Shown piece after piece: positions 1 to 7,668 of a stretch of 24,000 bases of DNA. Under the pieces are notes generated by a model. The model was not told the DNA's origin and searched no databases. It worked only from the letters and a program-made list of their open reading frames with translations. The stretch lies in the NCBI GenBank assembly GCA_041641295.1, contig JBEPYO010000001.1, positions 1,102,808 through 1,126,807 on the forward strand, in the 5' to 3' direction. How positions within the stretch are numbered: position 1 is the stretch's first letter; each line of letters begins with the position of its first letter. Made by a program: the position numbers and the translations under genes. The stretch comes from Nitrososphaerota archaeon (GTDB taxonomy: Archaea > Thermoproteota > Nitrososphaeria_A > Caldarchaeales > Calditenuaceae).

Positions 1-179
1 AAGGCTTCGACTCGGCAGAGTTCGCCCTAAACCTCCTAGAGACTGCCAAGGTCGCAGTTGCCCCAGGCACAGCATTCGGCGACTATCCAGAATACATCAG
101 AATATCTGTGGGGCTAGGCGACGAAGACCTTAGGAAAGGATTACAAGTGCTAGCTGAAAACCTCCAGAAAACCCGATAA
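1..179 (+). CDS. C-terminal end of a fold-type I (class I/II, aspartate-type) PLP aminotransferase; the 5' part lies outside the window
   Basis: Frame 3 (codons from nt 3) is open from the window edge to TAA at 177-179. The translation GFDSAEFALNLLETAKVAVAPGTAFGDYPEYIRISVGLGDEDLRKGLQVLAENLQKTR carries the typical C-terminal V-x-x-x-P-G-x-x-F-G ... Y-I-R-I-S block. It is absent from the ORF track because it has no start in the window. Confidence 0.7.
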   Translation, partial: GFDSAEFALNLLETAKVAVAPGTAFGDYPEYIRISVGLGDEDLRKGLQVLAENLQKTR

Positions 180-190
180 CAGAGCGGGAG

Positions 191-1282
191 CTAGACCAGC
201 AGCTGCTCTGTCTTCCCATCGTATATGTGTATCTTACTCTCCTCAAACCCGACCCAGACTTTCTGACCAATCTGCAGCGGTAGAGGAGATGTAACCGCCT
301 TGATAATCTCCGAGTCAATCTTAAGGTCTACAACTAAGTTTGCACCCTGATGCTCGACCACGTAAACCTCGCTCTGGAAGACTGAAGAGCTGACCCTCTC
401 GAAAGTTATCCGTATATCCTCGGGCCTAACTCCTAAGAAAGCCTCACTAGACTGCGCCCCCCTCAATATGGCTTCGGAATATTCTGGAGAGAGTGTGTAG
501 CTGAAAGAGCCCGCATCGAGAACTACACTACCTCCCACCTGCTTTATGACTGCCTTTATCATGTTCATCGGTGGGCTTCCGATGAATGTTGCGACGAAGG
601 CGTTCGCGGGCCTATTATAGATCGTGTTAGGGTCGTCGTACTGCTGCACCTTACCCCTGTTCATGACTGCAATCTTATCGGCCATAGCCATAGCCTCGGC
701 CTGATCATGGGTCACGTATACAGTGGTAGTCTTCAACTCCCTCTGAAGCCTCTTAAGCTCGGCTCTCATGAAGAGCCTCAGCTTAGCATCTAGGTTACTG
801 AGCGGCTCGTCCATGAGGAATACTCGAGGCCTCCTGATAATCGCCCTCCCGAGGGCGACACGCTGCTGCTCACCTCCGCTAAGCTGCCTAGGCTTCCTAT
901 CAAGGAGGTGCGAAATCCCTAGAAGATCCGCAACCTCTTTAACCCGCCGGTCGATCTCCGCCTTTTCAACCTTCCTCATCTTCAGCGGGAAGGCCAAGTT
1001 ATCGTAGACCTTCATGTGAGGATAGAGCGCATAATTCTGGAAGACCATCGCTACGTCCCTGTCTTTTGGCGGGAGGTCATTCACTATGCTATCGCCTATC
1101 CATATCTCACCCGCGTCGGGGGTCTCTAAGCCGGCGATACAGCGGAGGGTAGTTGTCTTTCCACACCCTGAAGGCCCCAGCAAGACCACGAAGTCTCCGT
1201 CAGGAATTTCCAGTGTGACACCATCAACCGCCACCACCCTGTCAAACTTCTTGTAAAGGTTCACCAGTCTGACAGAGGCCAT
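191..1282 (-). CDS. MalK/UgpC-type sugar ABC transporter ATP-binding protein with no adjacent permease or binding-protein genes
   Basis: Walker A GPSGCGKTT, signature LSGGEQQRV, Walker B VFLMDEPLS, H-loop YVTHD, and a C-terminal MalK/TOBE-like regulatory half. The ORF track extends to GTG at 1294. ATG at 1282 (MASVRLVNLYKKF) lies ~27 nt downstream of a TTATTAAA box, so 1282 is preferred. Confidence 0.9.
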   Translation of the reverse strand: MASVRLVNLYKKFDRVVAVDGVTLEIPDGDFVVLLGPSGCGKTTTLRCIAGLETPDAGEIWIGDSIVNDLPPKDRDVAMVFQNYALYPHMKVYDNLAFPLKMRKVEKAEIDRRVKEVADLLGISHLLDRKPRQLSGGEQQRVALGRAIIRRPRVFLMDEPLSNLDAKLRLFMRAELKRLQRELKTTTVYVTHDQAEAMAMADKIAVMNRGKVQQYDDPNTIYNRPANAFVATFIGSPPMNMIKAVIKQVGGSVVLDAGSFSYTLSPEYSEAILRGAQSSEAFLGVRPEDIRITFERVSSSVFQSEVYVVEHQGANLVVDLKIDSEIIKAVTSPLPLQIGQKVWVGFEESKIHIYDGKTEQLLV

Positions 1283-1304
1283 CCGAGAATCCACTCCTGA
1301 GACG

Positions 1305-1314
1305 CTTTAATAAG
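1305..1314 (-). promoter_or_regulatory. TATA box (CTTATTAAAG) for the ABC ATPase, ~27 nt before ATG 1282
   Basis: AT-rich octamer at the canonical archaeal distance from a start codon, which implies a leaderless or short-leader mRNA. Confidence 0.45.
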
Positions 1315-1331
1315 TTTTTTGAGCCTGAAAA

Positions 1332-2060
1332 TCAGGCTCGCAAAGTATTCAGGGATGTTAGAATGGATAGTGCGTCGCGGGTTGTTAGGTGATATATCCG
1401 CTTGTTCGCCAGCTCTTGTGGCGGCTCATACCCCATCCTCCTCAATACTTTCCCCACCACATGCCTTCTGTCTGTGAATATTTGTTTTAGGAGTCTGAGC
1501 TGGGTGGCTTCGAGTGGTGTTTGATCGTTTCTCAGCAGCCTTACTATGCTGGAAGCAACCCTTGGTCTTGGCCTAAAGGCGGATGGGGGTATCGTGTCTA
1601 GGACCTCAACCTTGTAGAAGAGCTGAGAGAGCAGGCTGATGTATAGATAATCTCTATAGCCGGGCGGGGAGGATAGTTTCCTAGCAAACTCTCTCTGAAG
1701 CGTCATGACCACCAAGCGTGGCGTTGGTCTCGAGGCTATCCATTCGATGAGTGGTCTGGATATGTGGTAGGGGGGATTGCCGACGATCATTGTGAAATTT
1801 TCGGGGTTGAGCTGTAGGACGTCACCCGTGACTACCTCGACGTTAGGCCAGCCCCTCAGCCTCTGCCGCGCCTCCGCCGCGAGCCTAGGGTCTATCTCCA
1901 CTGCTAGGACTCTGCATCCCCGCTCAGCTAGGAGCTCGGTAAGCCTTCCATCTCCACAGCCAGGCTCAAGTACTATGTCGTTTGCGGTAGGGTTGGCGAG
2001 TTCGACGAGCCTTTCGAGCACTCGTCTGCTTATGGTGAGGTGTTGGCTCAGTCTTGTCAT
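1332..2060 (-). CDS. ksgA: 16S rRNA (adenine-N6,N6)-dimethyltransferase KsgA/Dim1
   Basis: SAM-binding motif LEPGCGDGRLT and catalytic NPPY (GNPPYHIS). 242 aa. Last gene of the conserved archaeal L21e-RpoF-DUF655-KsgA cluster. Confidence 0.9.
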   Translation of the reverse strand: MTRLSQHLTISRRVLERLVELANPTANDIVLEPGCGDGRLTELLAERGCRVLAVEIDPRLAAEARQRLRGWPNVEVVTGDVLQLNPENFTMIVGNPPYHISRPLIEWIASRPTPRLVVMTLQREFARKLSSPPGYRDYLYISLLSQLFYKVEVLDTIPPSAFRPRPRVASSIVRLLRNDQTPLEATQLRLLKQIFTDRRHVVGKVLRRMGYEPPQELANKRIYHLTTRDALSILTSLNTLRA

Positions 2061-2644
2061 ATGCTCTGATGCGCTGGGGGTCGGGTGAATAGCCAGTGCT
2101 TAGTGTTGGGGTCGGATAGTTCTTGAATTATTCTCCTAATTATTATCTTGTCTACGTTCTGTATTCCTACCCTCTTCTCTATGTCTTCGAAGCTTTTGAA
2201 CGGCTCTTTGTTTCTCTCCTCGATAATGCGCATGGAGAGTTTTCTGCCTATTCCGGGGAGGGCCTCTAGTGCATGCAGCCTCGGGGTTAGTGGTCCACAG
2301 GTATTGATGAACTGGACGATCCTCTCTTCCCTCGACTTGACAAGCTCCTCGACTGCTCTCTCCAACTCGTATTTAGCGTTCTCTGTCAGCTCATGGTAGC
2401 CTATCCGCCTAACTATCCTGATAAGGGGGCGAGGCACATCTTTCCCAATGTATATCCGCATTCCCGGCCTTGGGTTTAGACTCTGATTGATAGCCGCCTC
2501 TAAGAGTGTGAAGTGTTCCACACCCAGTACCTGCGCCAGAAGCATGCCCTTCTCTATGTGCGAAGCCCTCTCAAGCCTCGTCGGTGGAAGTATATCAAGG
2601 ACAATTGCCTCATCCTCGTAAAGTTTTGGCTTGGCACTCCTCAT
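2057..2644 (-). CDS. DUF655/COG1491-type predicted RNA-binding protein (OB-like N-terminus plus helix-hairpin-helix C-terminus)
   Basis: 195 aa. The C-terminal LEALPGIGRKLSMRIIEER is HhH-like. There is a 4-nt ATGA overlap with ksgA. Its position between rpo4 and ksgA is the conserved archaeal neighbourhood. Confidence 0.75.
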   Translation of the reverse strand: MRSAKPKLYEDEAIVLDILPPTRLERASHIEKGMLLAQVLGVEHFTLLEAAINQSLNPRPGMRIYIGKDVPRPLIRIVRRIGYHELTENAKYELERAVEELVKSREERIVQFINTCGPLTPRLHALEALPGIGRKLSMRIIEERNKEPFKSFEDIEKRVGIQNVDKIIIRRIIQELSDPNTKHWLFTRPPAHQSI

Positions 2645-2652
2645 GACTCTTC

Positions 2653-3027
2653 CTATTCTTGGACTTGCTCTGCGTCAACACCCTCGCGGAGGTAAGACTC
2701 GATTGTCTGGACTATCTCGGAGAGTTTCTGGTCCGAAAAAAGGATGCTTGAGATGAGCCGCTTATAGCCTGAGAGGACAGCCCTAAGCTCGTTAACATCT
2801 CTAGGGCATATGTTCACTACTTGGCAGGCCTCCTCCGGCTCAAGCCCGAACTTCTCCTGAAGCTCCTGCACAAGCTTTTTAGCCCTCTCGGCGGGGAGCT
2901 TCGAAAACGTTGTGACATAGCTGTAGACCCTAAGCTGGAGGGGTGTGAGCTCATCTTTCTTGACGGAGAGTAGCTCCGCGACCTCTGGAATGGTTATGGG
3001 TGTGTAGGATAATATTTTCCTAGGCAC
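2653..3027 (-). CDS. rpo4: DNA-directed RNA polymerase subunit Rpo4 (RpoF)
   Basis: 124-aa acidic helical protein lying directly between rpl21e and DUF655, as in most archaea. The N-terminal ...ITIPEVAELL... stretch and overall size fit the Rpb4/RpoF family. Confidence 0.75.
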   Translation of the reverse strand: MPRKILSYTPITIPEVAELLSVKKDELTPLQLRVYSYVTTFSKLPAERAKKLVQELQEKFGLEPEEACQVVNICPRDVNELRAVLSGYKRLISSILFSDQKLSEIVQTIESYLREGVDAEQVQE

Positions 3028-3034
3028 CTCGCGC

Positions 3035-3349
3035 TCACCCTGTGGATAAAGGTTTAATATGCTCAGGCAGAACGTGTAGCTTCTTCAACTTACCTCCCAG
3101 CTCGACCTCTACCACATACCCTCTACCTCTCCGCTCCACGACACGACCTACCCTCCCTTGGTATCGCCTATGCGGCATCCCCTTATGAGTTGACGGGTCA
3201 ATATCTATGGCAACGGCCTGACCTATCTCGTACTCTTGGAGGTATACCTCTGGCCTCGGCCCACTTCTCGCACCTACCTCCCTAGTAAAGAGCCTCCTAG
3301 TCCTATGTCTATATCCGCTATGCCTAGTCAACCCTCCTCCTCTACCCAT
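3035..3349 (-). CDS. rpl21e: 50S ribosomal protein L21e
   Basis: 104 aa, very basic. SGYRHRTRRLF and ...GMPHRRYQGRVGRVV... are the hallmark L21e blocks. Confidence 0.92.
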   Translation of the reverse strand: MGRGGGLTRHSGYRHRTRRLFTREVGARSGPRPEVYLQEYEIGQAVAIDIDPSTHKGMPHRRYQGRVGRVVERRGRGYVVEVELGGKLKKLHVLPEHIKPLSTG

Positions 3350-3364
3350 GTAGCAGATGAAGCC

Positions 3365-3374
3365 CTATATAAAC
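3365..3374 (-). promoter_or_regulatory. TATA box (GTTTATATAG) upstream of the rpl21e operon
   Basis: TTTATATA lies ~20 nt before ATG 3349. The spacing is slightly short. Confidence 0.4.
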
Positions 3375-3469
3375 AAGGAGGACTTGTAATAGGGCCAAGG
3401 TGCAAAATCCTATTTTAGACCCAACTATGTTTGGGTTGTCTCAGCATTAGTAAGACCGATAGATGCTGG

Positions 3470-4834
3470 CTATTTTGAATGGTGTAGCGTCTTGAGTACG
3501 CCGAGGAATTTGAGCCTTATGCTGGTGGGTGGGTTATCTAGTATCTCTGCTATGCTGGGCCTGGTTCTGCCAGAGTCTCCGTGTATGAGTTCCTTAACGT
3601 ATAGTCCGCCGTCAGCTTCAACGTAGAACTCGACCGTGTATGAGTCTATGAGCCTTGACTCTATGTTGAGGATCCTCTTTCTCCTTAACTTCTCTCCCCT
3701 TCTCTTCAGGACTCGGGTGGGTGTTTGCTGCTCTATAACAGCTCCTCTGAGGGAGGCTTCAAGCCTAGCTAGGTCCTCACGGCTCACCGGCTTAGAAAAC
3801 TGGACGGTGGCCATGTAACGCTTGGTAGACCCCTCTATCGCCTCCTTAAGCATCTTTAGGTCGTTGTGTGTGGCGGGCTTAAGTCCCTCAACCTCCACCC
3901 GCCCCTCCGAGTAACTCTTTACCGCCTCTTTCAGGGCTTCGAGGGATACCTTCCTCCTCCGAGGCATTATCAACTCGACTATGAATGGGCGTCCCGTACC
4001 CTCTACTGTCACGTCAACATCCTCTCTCCCAGCGGCATGGAACTTGTATCCAATGGCGCCTGCCAGCCGCATGGCAGGCTCACCAACATACTCGGCCACC
4101 GAGTCCGGATACACTCTTCCGCGGCCTCCGCACCTATCACACCCAGCTCCCCAGCAGGCCGAGCAGTACCAAGGTGTCTGTGGGATGTCTGCCCTGCTCT
4201 TGAAGTAATGACCATAGATGTACAGTGGAGCGGGCTTGGCCTCGGCTGTCCCCGTAAATATGTCGACTAGTATGAGCATCTCAGGTGAGGTGAAGTTGGC
4301 CGGCTTCCCCAGCGCCACCTCCAGCTTCTTCCCCACCTCTCTCGCAACCTCTTTCCTCAGAGTCTCCGACTCGGTGAGACCGAACTCCGAGAATATCCGC
4401 TCCTCGATCGCGGCTATGTATTTGGGTACATATGCGCCGACAAGGAAGTCCTCAAACTCATAGCCTGAGACCTTCCTGACCGCCTCTGCCACGACTGTCT
4501 CGACCACCTCGTCTGTAAGCCTGTCTAAGCAGATTGGACATGTTTTCTTCTCGACCTCTAGTCCTCGGCCAAGCGCGACATCCAGCGCCGGCCCATACCC
4601 TGACTCTGATAGGGCTTTAACAAGAGTCTCGGCTTCTTCTGGGTTCTGGTCTAGCAGGGAGCGAGCCTCCTCCAAGAGCGCCGCCTTAATATCTTCACCT
4701 GTGTTGAGAAGTTCGGAGCTGGGCCGGTTTGAGGATAGGAGCCTACCTAGACATTTGCTGCAAAGCCGGTATTTTAGAAGGATCTGCTTAGCCTTTGAGA
4801 GCGTCTCGTTCAAATTCTTTACGCCCCAGCCCAA
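3470..4834 (-). CDS. pus10: tRNA pseudouridine(54/55) synthase Pus10
   Basis: N-terminal Zn-ribbon cysteines (CSKC, CPIC), a second Cys cluster YCSACWGAGCDRCGGRGRVY, catalytic block AAGREDVDV...GTGRPFIVEL, and C-terminal GGLYVKELIHGDSGRTRPSIAEIL. The start is TTG at 4834; an alternative TTG lies at 4813. Either overlaps the srp54 stop. Confidence 0.88.
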   Translation of the reverse strand: MGWGVKNLNETLSKAKQILLKYRLCSKCLGRLLSSNRPSSELLNTGEDIKAALLEEARSLLDQNPEEAETLVKALSESGYGPALDVALGRGLEVEKKTCPICLDRLTDEVVETVVAEAVRKVSGYEFEDFLVGAYVPKYIAAIEERIFSEFGLTESETLRKEVAREVGKKLEVALGKPANFTSPEMLILVDIFTGTAEAKPAPLYIYGHYFKSRADIPQTPWYCSACWGAGCDRCGGRGRVYPDSVAEYVGEPAMRLAGAIGYKFHAAGREDVDVTVEGTGRPFIVELIMPRRRKVSLEALKEAVKSYSEGRVEVEGLKPATHNDLKMLKEAIEGSTKRYMATVQFSKPVSREDLARLEASLRGAVIEQQTPTRVLKRRGEKLRRKRILNIESRLIDSYTVEFYVEADGGLYVKELIHGDSGRTRPSIAEILDNPPTSIRLKFLGVLKTLHHSK

Positions 4835-6137
4835 GGAGGAGGTCCCGCGGCATCCTGCCGGCGCTACGCTTCAGCGTCTTCATCAGCCGCCTAGTCTCGT
4901 TATACCTCTTGATTAGTTGTTTAACATCCCTTTCAGTCACGCCTGCGCCCCTCGCGATTCTTCTGGCCCTCGACGAGTCTATTATTGCAGGGTCTCGCCT
5001 CTCCTCGGGTGTCATAGAATTCACCACTGCCTCCCACTTCTTCACCTGCTCCTCAAGCCCCTCAATGTCTATCGACTTGGCCTTGGGGAGTGGGAGCATT
5101 GAGAGGAGTTTGTCGAGAGGCCCCATCTTGGCGACCTCTTTCAACTGGTTTATCATGTCGGTGAGCGTGAATCGCCCACTCATCATCTTCTCCGCCGCGT
5201 CCTCGGATATACTCACCTCTGCGAGCTTCACCCTCTCAACGAGGCCGGCTATGTCGGGCATGCCGAGGAGCCGCGCCAAATATCTGTCGGCTGAGAATGT
5301 CTCTATGTCTTCTAGGTGCTCTCCTGTCCCTATGAAGCGGATGGGTGCGCCTGTTGCAGCCACTGCCGAGAGCGCGCCGCCCGCCCTAGCTGATGTGTCC
5401 ATCTTCGTTAGCATAACCCAGCCAATCTTGGCTACGCGGTTGAACGCTTCGGCTTGGCTCCTCGCCCTCTGTCCGATGGTTGCGTCCAGTACGAGGACAA
5501 CCTCATCCGGACTCAGTACCTTTAGTATCTCTTCCATCTCCTTCATCAGCGAGTCTTGGTCTTTATGCCTGCCCGCCGTGTCGACTATTATTACGTCCAG
5601 ACCCATTGACTTTAGTTTCTCTATGCCCCGCCTCGCTATCGCGGTGGGGTCTGAGGAGTCTGCCTCCCCATAAACGGGGATGCCCTTGTCTTGGAGGAGT
5701 TGTTGGAGCTGTATGAAGGCTGCGGGCCTATAGGTGTCTGCGCAGACAACCCCTACCTTATACCCGTGCTTTGCCAAGTAGTATGAGAGCTTGGCGACGC
5801 TGGTTGTCTTCCCAGAGCCCTGTATGCCGACCGTCACCAGTACGTGCGGCTTGCCCCTAGGCTTGTAGGGGGGCTGGACACCCCCTAGAAGCCTCACTAG
5901 CTCTTCATAGAGTATCTTGAAGATGTGGTCCCTTCTTGAGACTCCCGGTGGCGGCCTAGTCTCGGCTGCTTTTCTCCTAATATTCTCCGAGAGCTCCATG
6001 ACCAGCTCAACACTCACGTCTGCGGAGAGCAGAGCCCTCTGAATATCCCTGATAAGCTCCTCGAGGGCCTCCTTATCATGTGAAGCCTGACCCATGAAAC
6101 GGGAGACCGCCTTTCTGAGAGCCTCACCTATATCCAT
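4788..6137 (-). CDS. srp54: Signal recognition particle protein SRP54
   Basis: N domain, then a G domain with GIQGSGKTT, DTAGR and TKMD, and a Met-rich C-terminal M domain (KMMSGRFTLTDMINQL...MGPLDKLLSMLP). Confidence 0.95.
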   Translation of the reverse strand: MDIGEALRKAVSRFMGQASHDKEALEELIRDIQRALLSADVSVELVMELSENIRRKAAETRPPPGVSRRDHIFKILYEELVRLLGGVQPPYKPRGKPHVLVTVGIQGSGKTTSVAKLSYYLAKHGYKVGVVCADTYRPAAFIQLQQLLQDKGIPVYGEADSSDPTAIARRGIEKLKSMGLDVIIVDTAGRHKDQDSLMKEMEEILKVLSPDEVVLVLDATIGQRARSQAEAFNRVAKIGWVMLTKMDTSARAGGALSAVAATGAPIRFIGTGEHLEDIETFSADRYLARLLGMPDIAGLVERVKLAEVSISEDAAEKMMSGRFTLTDMINQLKEVAKMGPLDKLLSMLPLPKAKSIDIEGLEEQVKKWEAVVNSMTPEERRDPAIIDSSRARRIARGAGVTERDVKQLIKRYNETRRLMKTLKRSAGRMPRDLLLGLGRKEFERDALKG

Positions 6138-6175
6138 CCCGCAGCCCCCACCCTACAAACTCAAGCCCCCACCCA

Positions 6176-6185
6176 GATTATAAAG
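6176..6185 (-). promoter_or_regulatory. TATA box (CTTTATAATC) upstream of srp54
   Basis: Lies ~44 nt before ATG 6137 and is followed by a G/T-rich leader. Confidence 0.4.
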
Positions 6186-6310
6186 CCAAACAACCCACAC
6201 AGCGCGCCACCACCAGCCAATAAACACGATGAGCTTTATCTCGGAGCACGTTAACTCATAAGACTAGGCGATGATGTGGGACTCAGGAAGGATAATACCT
6301 GATGAATTCT

Positions 6311-6330
6311 CCTGGGGTATCTGAGCCCTT
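6311..6330. repeat. Direct repeat copy 1, CCTGGGGTATCTGAGCCCTT (candidate attL)
   Basis: 19 of 20 nt identical to 7631-7650 in the same orientation (15 nt exact, 1 mismatch, 4 nt exact). Confidence 0.6.
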
Positions 6331-6368
6331 TTGGGATTAGTTCTCTTTTTCTCCATTATTATGAAGAC

Positions 6369-6378
6369 ATAAATAATA
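6369..6378 (+). promoter_or_regulatory. TATA box (ATAAATAATA) for the thermonuclease gene
   Basis: Centred ~24 nt before ATG 6397. Confidence 0.45.
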
Positions 6379-6396
6379 TGGGACTGGGTTATTGGT

Positions 6397-7029
6397 ATGC
6401 GGCCCCAGTTATTGCTGGTTGTTGGCTTGGTTGTCGGATTGCTTATTGGAGGGGCGGCGGGTGTAGGTGCGGGCGCTTCTAGGGCGACCACTGTTTTGAG
6501 CACAGTCGAGGTTGTTAAGACCCAGCCAATCACATTGACGACTGAGGTTGTCCGCATCTCTACGGTTTCTACAGAGGTTTTGAGGCCGACAACCATTCTA
6601 AGCACAGTAGTCCAGCAGACAACGGTTGTAAAGACTACCACTATCGGGGTAGTGGTCATAGGTGGGAAACCCGTGGACTTGGTGGCGAGGGCCTATCATG
6701 TGGTTGATGGGGATACTTTTGACACATTTCCATCCGGCCGGGTTAGGCTGGCTGATATAAACACTCCTGAACGGGGTCAGCCAGGATACTCGGAGGCCAC
6801 CAATGCCCTGCGCATACTTGTCTTAGATAAGACCGTCTACCTCGACGTAGATAATGTAGAAGTTATGGACAGCTACAATAGGCTCGTGGCCCTCGTATAT
6901 GTTGACTACAACTCAACACACGTCTTAAACGTAAACCTTTGGCTGGTTGTCAATGGGTATGCCGTATTCGCCGATTTCGCGAATGAGTTTAATCCGCAGG
7001 AGTGGAGCCTCTACGTGAGAAAAGACTAG
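6397..7029 (+). CDS. Membrane-anchored secreted thermonuclease (staphylococcal-nuclease/SNase fold) with a Thr/Val-rich stalk
   Basis: N-terminal TM or signal anchor MRPQLLLVVGLVVGLLIGGAAG, followed by ~60 aa of T/V-rich repeats. The SNase core reads VVDGDTFD...VRLADINTPE...YNRLVALVYVD...LNVNLWLVVNGYAV. Confidence 0.8.
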   Translation: MRPQLLLVVGLVVGLLIGGAAGVGAGASRATTVLSTVEVVKTQPITLTTEVVRISTVSTEVLRPTTILSTVVQQTTVVKTTTIGVVVIGGKPVDLVARAYHVVDGDTFDTFPSGRVRLADINTPERGQPGYSEATNALRILVLDKTVYLDVDNVEVMDSYNRLVALVYVDYNSTHVLNVNLWLVVNGYAVFADFANEFNPQEWSLYVRKD

Positions 7030-7165
7030 CCCTATTTCTTTAACAACTTCTGCAATAGCTCTGCAAGTCTCTCTCAGCCTTTATTTCGCTTGATAGCTCG
7101 CTTACCTGGGTTAAGGTTTCCCTTATGTCGACCAATATGTTGCGCCTCTCAGCTCCTCGTAGAGC

Positions 7166-7589
7166 TTATTCAATTCGTCCTCGTTCACTATTAGGCTGGC
7201 TTGAATCAATATTCTCCCGCTTAAGACTGAGGGCCTCTCCCACCCTCAGCCCCGTCACAGCAAAAAAAACAGACCAAGATCTTCATCCTACCCTTAGCCG
7301 CTATAACCATTCTCTTAAGCTCTTGGACTGACAGGGCCCTGTCAACTTTCGTCGCACGCCGACGAGGAATATCGACTTTAAGCTTGATACGCCTCCAATC
7401 AAAAGCCACGCCATAAAATAGTAGCAGATGCTTCAGGGTTGAGAGATAGGTGTTACTAGTCGCCGAAGAGCGGCCCCCACCCCTCTTAACCCGACCGACA
7501 ACCACCTCAACGTCATCAACCTCCAACAACCAAAGCAACTTCCTGAGGGTTGGTCTCCTAGTCGCGTGTAGTCTCTCATCAAATTCCAC
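7166..7589 (-). pseudogene. Tyrosine recombinase/integrase, frameshifted in an A8/T8 homopolymer and truncated after catalytic box I
   Basis: GTG start at 7589. The N-terminal SAM-like domain reads ...NTYLSTLKHLLLFYGVAFDW...ALSVQELKRM.... The frame breaks in the 8-nt run at 7262-7269. Removing 1 nt restores ILVCFFAVTGLRVGEALSLKRENID, the box I motif with the catalytic Arg. That frame then stops at 7166-7168, and no box II (HxLRH) or catalytic Tyr follows. Confidence 0.65.
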
Positions 7590-7630
7590 ACACCTACCAC
7601 TGCGAAATCTTGGGCAAATCTCTGGGTAGG

Positions 7631-7650
7631 CCTGGGGTATCTGAGTCCTT
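7631..7650. repeat. Direct repeat copy 2, CCTGGGGTATCTGAGTCCTT (candidate attR)
   Basis: 19 of 20 nt identical to 6311-6330. Lies 42 nt outside the start of the integrase pseudogene. Confidence 0.6.
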
Positions 7651-7668
7651 CTCTAGGGGACCCTCTGC

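Larger units (their letters stand above)
6311..7650. mobile_element. Degenerate remnant of an integrated element: direct repeats flanking a thermonuclease gene and a decayed integrase
   Basis: 20-bp direct repeats bound exactly the segment that holds the integrase pseudogene (adjacent to one repeat) and a secreted nuclease. Confidence 0.5.

Noticed and set aside
4795-5673. 292-aa + strand ORF, and many other listed ORFs antisense to or overlapping the strong calls: 768-1007, 1777-2088, 2148-2399, 3866-4270, 6264-6659, 7976-8320, 10011-10289, 11004-11417, 11398-11838, 12533-12856, 13380-13655, 13897-14205, 17113-17445, 18994-19320, 20839-21198, 21555-21881, 21645-21974, 21913-22152, 21981-22226 and 23260-23607.
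   Set aside because: Each lies inside, antisense to or out of frame with a gene that has clear family motifs. Their translations are low-complexity (Ser/Arg/Pro/Leu-rich) with no recognisable motif, which is typical of shadow ORFs in GC-biased coding DNA.
6270-6324. C/D-box sRNA-like arrangement: ATGATGT (C-like), CTGATGA (overlapping D'/C'), CTGA (D) and a GGC/GCC terminal pairing.
   Set aside because: The guide spacers are 21 and 15 nt instead of the tightly constrained ~12 nt. D' and C' overlap, and the C box has a mismatch at the last A. The terminal D-like box lies inside the 20-bp repeat, whose second copy has no C box.
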